IMG/VR virus record: IMGVR_UViG_2516653058_000003
Span: 1-64,000 of that record
Reading direction: 5' to 3' (one strand)
DNA: 64,000 nucleotides
Origin: a virus
Lineage: Duplodnaviria > Caudoviricetes
Shown: in pieces, positions 58,001 to 64,000 of the stretch
Position numbering within the stretch: the first letter of the stretch is position 1
Layout: every line of letters starts with the position of its first letter
The notes under the pieces: model-generated
What the model saw: only the letters and a program-made list of their open reading frames with translations
What the model was told of the DNA's origin: nothing
The model's database searches: none
Program-made: the position numbers and the translations under genes

Positions 58001-59766
58001 TGGGAATACCAAAACTGGAAGCTGGGACCGACGCGTTGCAAGGTTATAAGCTAGCCGATTTTTTGAAAAAACAGCAACTGGTTTCTGACTGGGCAAAGCC
58101 TTACATGTCCAACTCTCCCGAAGCGGCCACATTCTTACGGTTGTTGGTGCCTGCTGTAGCTTACAACGACACCGCCAAAACCAAACTCGCTAAAGGTGAA
58201 GGGCGTGCCCACCAGGTCTATAAAGAATGGCAGGAATATGCAAAAACCTTGAGGGGAGAGAAGGTGAAAGTGTCCTCAACCGGGTTCGAAATGAACCTTA
58301 ACTCCCCCCTGCAAATGAAAGCGCTGCTGTACGGCATGTTTGACTTGCCTGCCCGTTTACGTGGTTTCGAAATCAGCGACACCCGCAAGGCGTTGGGTCT
58401 GGTAACCCCCACCATCCAAGCCAATGAAGATGCCATAGTCACGGCATTGGCGGAAGACTGTGCAGACCATTCCTGGAAAAAAGAAGCCTTGGAAGCGTTA
58501 ATGGCGGCGAAAAAATGCCAAACCCGTATCAGCATGTTTTACGACGTTTATCCAAAATGGCAACATCCCGTTGACGGGCTAATCCACCCTCAGGTTAACA
58601 GTTGTGGGACAGAAACCAGACGCCCTACGGGTTCGTCCCCCAACCCACTACAATGGCCTAAGCGAGGGGACGGGGTTAAGTTTCGTAACTGCATCCTACC
58701 TAACGAAAAGTTGGGTCACGACCTGATTGTGTCAATAGACTGGAGCCAGCAGGAGCTTCGTATTGCGGCGGCCTTGTCGATGGATGAAGCCATGCTGGAT
58801 TGTTATATTGGGAAGGATGTCGAACATGTAATATCTGGCGACGTGGAGGCGTTGCTGGGCGAAGCCCTATTGTCTAGGTTCCTTAAAACAAGCACGAAAG
58901 ACATCCACACCCAAACCGCATCAGGTCTGTTGAAGTGGGCATACGATGATGTGGTGGCCGCGTTATCTGGAGATGATAAAACCCTAGCTAAGACTGCTAA
59001 GGATGCGCGTGTTACGTCGAAACCCATCAATTTCGGGGGCACCTATGGTATTGGTAGCGGCAAGCTTGCCAGGCAGTTAATTTGCCCTATCACAGAGGCC
59101 AAACAATATTTGGCAGATAAAAAAGCGCTGTATCATGGGTTTGAGCGTTGGCGTGAAAACGTCATCAACCTCGTCTGCCAGCAAGGGTTTGTCACCACTG
59201 CCTTCGGCAACCGCCGCCATGTGTTCGACCAGATTACCACCCAAGACGAAGGGCTATGGGCATCTGTCTGCCGCCAAGTGGTGAACTACCTTATCCAAGG
59301 AGTTTGTGCCGATAACTTGAAGCGCACGATGACCGCTATCCGGCAGCAAGGCATAACACAACGCACTGGTGCGGTGCTTATAGCTCCGATCTACGATGAG
59401 TTGGTGTTCTCAGTACACAGCAGCAATGCGGTTGACTTAATCATGAATGTCCACAGCATCATGACCAGGGATATACCAGGAATGGCGGTGCCGATGTTGG
59501 CTGAGCCTTCCTTGGGGATCAACTTTGGGGTGCAGGTAGAAATCGGGGCGTTCCCGACACCTGAAAAAATCGAATCGGCAATGTCTAAGGCTTTTGCTGT
59601 GCCACGGCAGTTGTGGGTTCATTATGGGTCGGATTCCTATATCGAAACCCATGACTTACGGGATCTCAAACACTTAGCGGAAGTGCCTGAAGACTTGTAT
59701 GACGTGACGGATATACCGGAGCATGAAGAACGGTTTAAACAGCAAATATTACAAGTAGCCGCTTAA
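55036..59766 (+). CDS. polA: Family A DNA polymerase (5'-3' exonuclease, 3'-5' exonuclease, polymerase) containing an intein
   Basis: EADDILA, DQDLLQL and GDSSDNYGGVKGVG (5' nuclease); DWETT ExoI; DWSQQELR motif A; KPINFGGTYG motif B; YDEL motif C. Confidence 0.95.
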   Translation: MNIKTLFDLRGMVIHALNASTDREPITLPSGEKANSVGHCLNNFIEMYLLPTIQETRLNDIIAVRDGGNEYRKALYPEYKANRAGKDPELSIHHSNCVNAVIDLLKGLGIPVAEIPGVEADDILAYLVEKLPGPKMIYTVDQDLLQLSSPDCLVFLKTQINTDGYALYNCSGSSKQLLMTVHPRHVALLKSIVGDSSDNYGGVKGVGPVAFAKLAEVYGLDGLDELCSIISKDGYATLQEVINQTGDKTLVALFERRDEWKLGWNLANLAPQLVGERKTTKFNNIIWTKRLPSPERVNRILAEHGCGYLYPKLKPVLPTKTLITADNMPPLSRFESAFKQSEVIAVDWETTDYLQHQPFRDATKGREFVDMLSAKLTGSGFTFGRNYEHTIYVSYDHADTNNLPRETLLDLLGVIPDESVIAIQNCLPGDVEVLTRDGWACIKDTNCSQEIMQWDSTTGELSFAHPTQKVEADADTLLKWDTLYHSCTYTPEHRMYFQSNHCFPKWKAEPCKQVSEYHPNTVYIPLAGIYNHPSVQLTEAEARLLEAIRADGHFPVNRSKQIKFHFIKQRKIDRLLELCREAGIETVVVKETDGSVRVTLQSSSLVGKFRSLLGVERRYTKTLVLSLDIKAREYILDEVKFWDGGSVYKKGAHFYSIDVETVDAIQLMAHISGWRCSGSWGGNKKGYGLLNGKNIFRGTLYPRSRAKLMQTPVEVPHNGKVFCFSVPSGAFMVRSKGKIHITGNCMFENTVLRCNFNGAFLTNCHDTKVMASYVDENQPAGLKDRALLHLNYRQTHYGDVIAKGKTMSDYSAEHVFQYGADDPLVTAHLYDFYKMIMQIEGTFDFCVANEMEPIEMISEGFIAGVSVDWDELERQGIEDRKTLDESIVKIRELIVANQTEETIESGVDRIYSEDVEEVVARVNTDFKAGKFNGLADPAELVRDREISAKSIALRKKLEGLVTYQPYVETSVDAAIDMTPSDINPLLEGLGIPKLEAGTDALQGYKLADFLKKQQLVSDWAKPYMSNSPEAATFLRLLVPAVAYNDTAKTKLAKGEGRAHQVYKEWQEYAKTLRGEKVKVSSTGFEMNLNSPLQMKALLYGMFDLPARLRGFEISDTRKALGLVTPTIQANEDAIVTALAEDCADHSWKKEALEALMAAKKCQTRISMFYDVYPKWQHPVDGLIHPQVNSCGTETRRPTGSSPNPLQWPKRGDGVKFRNCILPNEKLGHDLIVSIDWSQQELRIAAALSMDEAMLDCYIGKDVEHVISGDVEALLGEALLSRFLKTSTKDIHTQTASGLLKWAYDDVVAALSGDDKTLAKTAKDARVTSKPINFGGTYGIGSGKLARQLICPITEAKQYLADKKALYHGFERWRENVINLVCQQGFVTTAFGNRRHVFDQITTQDEGLWASVCRQVVNYLIQGVCADNLKRTMTAIRQQGITQRTGAVLIAPIYDELVFSVHSSNAVDLIMNVHSIMTRDIPGMAVPMLAEPSLGINFGVQVEIGAFPTPEKIESAMSKAFAVPRQLWVHYGSDSYIETHDLRDLKHLAEVPEDLYDVTDIPEHEERFKQQILQVAA
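56311..57267 (+). mobile_element. Intein (319 aa) with LAGLIDADG-type endonuclease
   Basis: Starts CLPGDVEVLTRDGW, ends KVFCFSVPSGAFMVR..IHITGN before Cys; internal LLEAIRADG and VKFWDGG blocks. Confidence 0.92.
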
Positions 59767-59797
59767 GGGGGTATTTATATCAGCACAACGTAAACCA

Positions 59798-60022
59798 TTG
59801 GACACATCCAAAAAGGACCGGCGTACCGAAGCAAAAGCCCTTAACACCCAAATCCTGGTGTCGCGGGGCGTTACGTTCGAATCCCTTAAAGACGGGTATC
59901 ATTTAATTATCCGTATGGGCAGTAGGCGCATCCATTACTGGCCGTCAACCGATAAATGGATGGAAAACCGCAAGCCCGTGAGGTATGGGATAAAATCGTT
60001 GTTGTCGTGCCTAAACGCATAA
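59798..60022 (+). CDS. Hypothetical basic protein
   Basis: TTG start; IHYWPSTDKW motif. Confidence 0.55.
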   Translation: MDTSKKDRRTEAKALNTQILVSRGVTFESLKDGYHLIIRMGSRRIHYWPSTDKWMENRKPVRYGIKSLLSCLNA

Positions 60023-60081
60023 ATGACATAAATTCCTTATCGACAATCCGCGCAACTTACCTTATATTGTAGCCTCACTTA

Positions 60082-60129
60082 TCCGGCATGGTTGACAGCA
60101 CCTTCCATGCCGGACACCAAACCGGAGAC
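60082..60129 (+). promoter_or_regulatory. CAGCAC hairpin plus ACCGGAGAC RBS
   Basis: TCCGGCATGG/CCATGCCGGA outer stem, loop CAGCAC 60096-60101; motif at 60121. Confidence 0.8.
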
Positions 60130-60132
60130 ATT

Positions 60133-60897
60133 ATGGATACCTCGATCCCCTACACTCTAGTAGTGTTTGATACGGAGACGACTGGCGTTGACCCAACGGT
60201 TGACGAAGTTTGCCAGTTCGCCTGTATCGCCATCAAAAGCACCCACCCCGAAAATATCGTCGAATTTGAAAGCCTTTGCGACCCTGGCCGGCACATCCCT
60301 GAGGAGGCCATAGCGAAGCATGGCATACCTAACGAAGCCGTAGTTGGAAAGCCTAAAACCCGAAATCTATTAAATGAAGTTATGGCGGAACTTTTCGAGT
60401 TTGCTGCCGGAACCCAGCTGATCCTTGGCGGCCATAATACAAAATTCGACTGGAATTTCTTGCAGAAGCATGTGTTCATCCCTGATGACACGCTATCTCT
60501 TTGCACACTCCGTATGGCTAGGGTGTTGGCACCTAATTCCGATAACCACCAACTCGAACACCTCTACAGAAACCACTACTCCCTGCAATCCCCACGAACA
60601 AAAACCGCGCACGATGCGCTATGTGACGTGTGGATGAGTTATGAGCTGCTGAATCACTGGCTGTCCCAGCGCCCTGACCTGTCAATACTTGAAATCGCTG
60701 ACGAACTCAAGCTCCCTATGAAGCTTGAGACGATGCCGTTCGGCAAAAATAAAGGCCGCCCGTTCTCTGAGATCCCGTATAAAGCCCTGCGTTGGTATGT
60801 GGATCAAGGCAGTGCTATGGATCAGGATGTTAGATTTACGGCAGGAGTTTGGTGTAAGCTATGGGAAACCCCAGCAGAAATGATGGCAAGAGGTTAG
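60133..60897 (+). CDS. DEDDh 3'-5' exonuclease (DnaQ/ExoX-like)
   Basis: FDTETTG, HNTKFD and AHDALCD motifs; C-terminal MPFGKNKG as in ExoX; start moved to 60133. Confidence 0.9.
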   Translation: MDTSIPYTLVVFDTETTGVDPTVDEVCQFACIAIKSTHPENIVEFESLCDPGRHIPEEAIAKHGIPNEAVVGKPKTRNLLNEVMAELFEFAAGTQLILGGHNTKFDWNFLQKHVFIPDDTLSLCTLRMARVLAPNSDNHQLEHLYRNHYSLQSPRTKTAHDALCDVWMSYELLNHWLSQRPDLSILEIADELKLPMKLETMPFGKNKGRPFSEIPYKALRWYVDQGSAMDQDVRFTAGVWCKLWETPAEMMARG

Positions 60898-61334
60898 AGC
60901 AAACCATACAGGCAGCCCTACAGCAACACCACCTGCATAATAGGTCTAATTTCGTCCGCCTATATGACCAGACATCGACAGGAGGTAGAGGGTTCGCGTT
61001 GCCTGGGGACTTCTATTGGTTTGTGCCTGGTAATGCAATTTTGATTGAATGCAAATCAACTGCAATCTGTAAGCCGCTACTATCGCTGGTACGGTCGTCT
61101 AAACACAGTAAAGACCAGATACCACGGCACAGATTGCACCATTTGTCAGGACATCCCAGCGTCTATCTTTATGGGGACTTACTAAACGATGAAATAACCG
61201 CATACGACGGGGAGTCCGTGGTGGCTGCGGTTAATGAAAAGAAAAAGGACTTGGTAATAATTTCAAAAGCAGATATGTCGTCTACAGGTGGGCTGTTAGA
61301 CAACATTATCCAACATATCAGGAGCTGTAAATGA
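60861..61334 (+). CDS. RecU-like PD-(D/E)xK Holliday junction resolvase
   Basis: GKRLE..PGDF..LIECKS motif order. Confidence 0.7.
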   Translation: MGNPSRNDGKRLEQTIQAALQQHHLHNRSNFVRLYDQTSTGGRGFALPGDFYWFVPGNAILIECKSTAICKPLLSLVRSSKHSKDQIPRHRLHHLSGHPSVYLYGDLLNDEITAYDGESVVAAVNEKKKDLVIISKADMSSTGGLLDNIIQHIRSCK

Positions 61335-61978
61335 GTGATTTAACTAAGAAGCTTAGCCAATACATGAAACCGGGGACTTACAAAAAAGGGGAAAACATAA
61401 CCATAAACCTGGCCCAATTCGACGGGCTAATTATTGTCGATAAAGGCATCTGCCTTGTGGAGACTAGCCGGGAATCTGCAAAGGCACGCGGCAAATATGA
61501 CGTGTCCGTAGGGGTGTTGAAACCAGAAGGGTCGATGATCGGACTGGAATTCTTCTTTGTTCCGCAGACCCTAAGATATCCCGCCTCAGTGAGGTCTGTC
61601 ACCGATTCCGACGTACGGACAATGACCAGGAAAAAATTCGCCAGCCTGCTGGATACAGAACTTGCAAGTATCAAGACTTTCATCTTCGAGGAGATTGCCA
61701 GGCAACTGGCGGATTATTTTAACTCCCTGCAATTGCAGTTGGAGCGGCAGGCCAAGGCGGCGCCAGAGGATAGGGTATTGGATGTGTTTGAGCACGTCAG
61801 GCCTATCGTAGGAACCCCCCACCCAGCAGGTACCGAAATAAAGATACCAACGTATGTCCTGCAGCGGCTGGCGGGGGATTCCCCCCGGTCGTTTCAGGAA
61901 GGGGCCAAACGCCTCATGCAGGAAGGGAAGTTGTTAAAGTCAGGGAGGGCTTCATGGGTGTTACCAACCCATAACTAA
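61331..61978 (+). CDS. Hypothetical protein
   Basis: 215 aa, AGGAG RBS. Confidence 0.7.
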   Translation: MSDLTKKLSQYMKPGTYKKGENITINLAQFDGLIIVDKGICLVETSRESAKARGKYDVSVGVLKPEGSMIGLEFFFVPQTLRYPASVRSVTDSDVRTMTRKKFASLLDTELASIKTFIFEEIARQLADYFNSLQLQLERQAKAAPEDRVLDVFEHVRPIVGTPHPAGTEIKIPTYVLQRLAGDSPRSFQEGAKRLMQEGKLLKSGRASWVLPTHN

Positions 61979-61982
61979 CCAC

Positions 61983-62025
61983 AGGCTGCCGCAGCACCGG
62001 CAGCCTTTTAACAAAAACCGGAGAC
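61983..62025 (+). promoter_or_regulatory. CAGCAC hairpin plus ACCGGAGAC RBS
   Basis: AGGCTGCCG-CAGCAC-CGGCAGCCT. Confidence 0.88.
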
Positions 62026-62029
62026 AACC

Positions 62030-63121
62030 ATGTCCTTATTATTTTGGACAGACCCGCACTTGGGTCTGAACCGCACTTCCCACACCACCCCTGTCTCCCG
62101 TGTAAAATTACGGGACGCTTTATATACCCAAGCAAATAATATCCTGAACCGATCCCATATAGAGGGCCACTCGGCTATCTGCTTGGGAGACCTGTTTGAC
62201 ACCACCGACAATGAAGAAGCCGTCATCGCCCAAGGGGCTTCGATAGCTGGCCGCTGTGCTTTGGTTTTATCAGGCAATCATGATCTCGCTAACCGCGACG
62301 GCAAAATGTCCTCGCTGGAATTGATAGGGCATTTGTCGCCGGATAGCTCGGTTGCATTGGCGGACAGCACATCTGACTATTTTGTTGTTGAATTTCCTGA
62401 GGCGAATGTCATTGTCGTGCCACATAAACGCACCCAAACCTTGTTTGACTTGACTTTGCAAGAAATAGGCCTGCACGTACGCCGGATACCAACTAAGGTT
62501 AACATTCTAGTGTTGCACTGCAACTACGAATCCCCTTTCGCCACTGACGACTCATCTCTGAATTTGACGCGGGATATAGCAGGGCTGTTGCTAGGGGATG
62601 ACCATGACACCAAACAAACCGTAGATTACATCTTGATTGGCCATGAACACATCCCTAGGGCTGATTTCGGCGGCAAGTTGCAGATTCTAGGAAATACCCA
62701 TCCGACATCCTTTTCGGATATTTCCGATAAATTTATATGGGAATTCGATGGCACAAAGCTATCACCTGTAAAGATTTGGAGCAAAGACTCTCACTTGGTT
62801 AAAGATTGGGAATGGTTGTTAAACGAAACTTCAACCGCCCCTACTACCCTAGACATGGAGTTGGTTTTTGCAGGTATGCAATTCATCGAGATCAACGGCA
62901 CCGCCCCCGCCCGCAAACTGCCAGAGATAGCCAAAGCCGTGCAGAAATTGTGGAGCCAAGCTCCTGATGCCTTGATGATCCGCAACAACGTCAAGTCCGA
63001 AGCCGTGCAAGTCGAAGCCAAAGAAATGAACCGGGCATTGGATATCCCCTCCCGTATTACTGAGGAATTACAAGGATCTCCTTTCGCCAACACCTGGGCC
63101 AACTACCTAAGCCGTATTTAA
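62030..63121 (+). CDS. sbcD: SbcD/Mre11-like metallophosphoesterase nuclease
   Basis: TDPHLG, GDLFD, GNHD and GHEH motifs. Confidence 0.92.
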   Translation: MSLLFWTDPHLGLNRTSHTTPVSRVKLRDALYTQANNILNRSHIEGHSAICLGDLFDTTDNEEAVIAQGASIAGRCALVLSGNHDLANRDGKMSSLELIGHLSPDSSVALADSTSDYFVVEFPEANVIVVPHKRTQTLFDLTLQEIGLHVRRIPTKVNILVLHCNYESPFATDDSSLNLTRDIAGLLLGDDHDTKQTVDYILIGHEHIPRADFGGKLQILGNTHPTSFSDISDKFIWEFDGTKLSPVKIWSKDSHLVKDWEWLLNETSTAPTTLDMELVFAGMQFIEINGTAPARKLPEIAKAVQKLWSQAPDALMIRNNVKSEAVQVEAKEMNRALDIPSRITEELQGSPFANTWANYLSRI

Positions 63122-63134
63122 GGACACTACCATT

Positions 63135-64000
63135 ATGTTAAAACAACTCACATTAAACAACTTCAAAAAACATAAAGCACTGGCCTTATCGTTCCCCGGT
63201 GGTCTAACCTCTATCACTGGCAACAATGCGGCAGGCAAGTCCACAGTTTTAAAAGGCATTTTATTCGCCTTATTCGGATCTGCTGCCATCGGGGCAAAGG
63301 ATCACATTTGGTCTTGGGGTTCCAAGGACAAGCGCAGCGTAGCGCTTCAAATGACCCTGCCTGTTTACGGCGACGTGATTATCAGCCGCACCCCTTCAGG
63401 GGCCACTGTCACTGCCGTTGACGATGGCCGTAACCTGGCCAGCGGCAACGCTGCCGGAACCCAGTTTATTGAGGCGTCTTTGGGGATGTTGGCGAAAGAT
63501 TTGAAAACTATTACATATTCTCCCCAAGGAGAAACACAAAATATCCTGACGATGGGGCCAACAGCATTACAGCAGAAAGTGGAAGGTTTGAGCCGTGTCG
63601 ATATATTGGACAGGGTGTTAAGCCACCTCAGTACGGATCTGACGAAAATTGAAGGCCGGTTGGAAGGTATTCCAGCTGATTTTGACATTACCGGGTTGGA
63701 GACGCGACTCCAGATATTGTCTGATAAAAAAAGAAAAACTGAACAGGACATCGCGGTTTCTGTAGGCATTAAAGACAACCTTACCGACCAGCGAACCCTT
63801 GTCGAGAGAGATACTAAAACCTTACAAGAGCACCAGCACCAGCACCAGCTGCTAAGCGCCGAACTTTTTCGTGAAGAACAAAACGTGGCTAATCTATGGC
63901 AACAGGTGACCGTAGCTATGGGTAACCTTAACTCACTCGAAGGTGCAGGCAACCCGGTGGATATCGAAGAGCTGAAGTTTGAATATTCAGCCAGTAAAGC
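63135..64000 (+). CDS. sbcC: SbcC/Rad50-like ATPase (runs off the window end; not in ORF track)
   Basis: MLKQLTLNNFKKH..GNNAAGKSTVLKGILFALFG Walker A, followed by coiled coil. Confidence 0.92.
   Translation, partial: MLKQLTLNNFKKHKALALSFPGGLTSITGNNAAGKSTVLKGILFALFGSAAIGAKDHIWSWGSKDKRSVALQMTLPVYGDVIISRTPSGATVTAVDDGRNLASGNAAGTQFIEASLGMLAKDLKTITYSPQGETQNILTMGPTALQQKVEGLSRVDILDRVLSHLSTDLTKIEGRLEGIPADFDITGLETRLQILSDKKRKTEQDIAVSVGIKDNLTDQRTLVERDTKTLQEHQHQHQLLSAELFREEQNVANLWQQVTVAMGNLNSLEGAGNPVDIEELKFEYSASK

Overview
The whole window is one stretch of a large dsDNA tailed phage genome, most likely a long non-contractile-tailed (siphovirus-type) phage of a Gram-negative host. No host genes and no integrase are visible. 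The left arm (1-27.9 kb, minus strand) holds the virion module, read from right to left: terminase small/large (lambda GpA-type), portal, lytic transglycosylase and holin-like gene, S49 protease-scaffold, decoration protein, major capsid, head-tail joining genes, major tail protein, chaperone, 2131-aa tape measure and tail-tip genes. It ends with a second tail-tube paralog fused to repeats and a discoidin-like domain. The right arm (28.5-64 kb, plus strand) holds early/accessory genes and a self-contained replication/recombination set: NAD ligase, primase-helicase, SNF2 helicase, NrdJb-like protein, a Pol I-type DNA polymerase with an intein, DEDDh exonuclease, RecU-like resolvase and SbcCD. 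Three non-coding features stand out. (1) About a dozen hairpins with different stems but the same CAGCAC loop, most just upstream of an extended ACCGGAGAC ribosome-binding motif, lie across the right arm; their G-U pairs show the structure forms on the plus strand. (2) A tRNA-like RNA at 33866-34012 has two tandem D-arm/T-arm modules, no anticodon arm and one 20-bp closing stem. (3) A ~160-bp nested palindrome with repeated CACTAAT boxes sits in an AT-rich region before a 533-aa putative DNA-binding protein. Several accessory genes at 36-41 kb are disrupted, while all core genes are intact. All calls are from reading the sequence by eye; no database searches were run.
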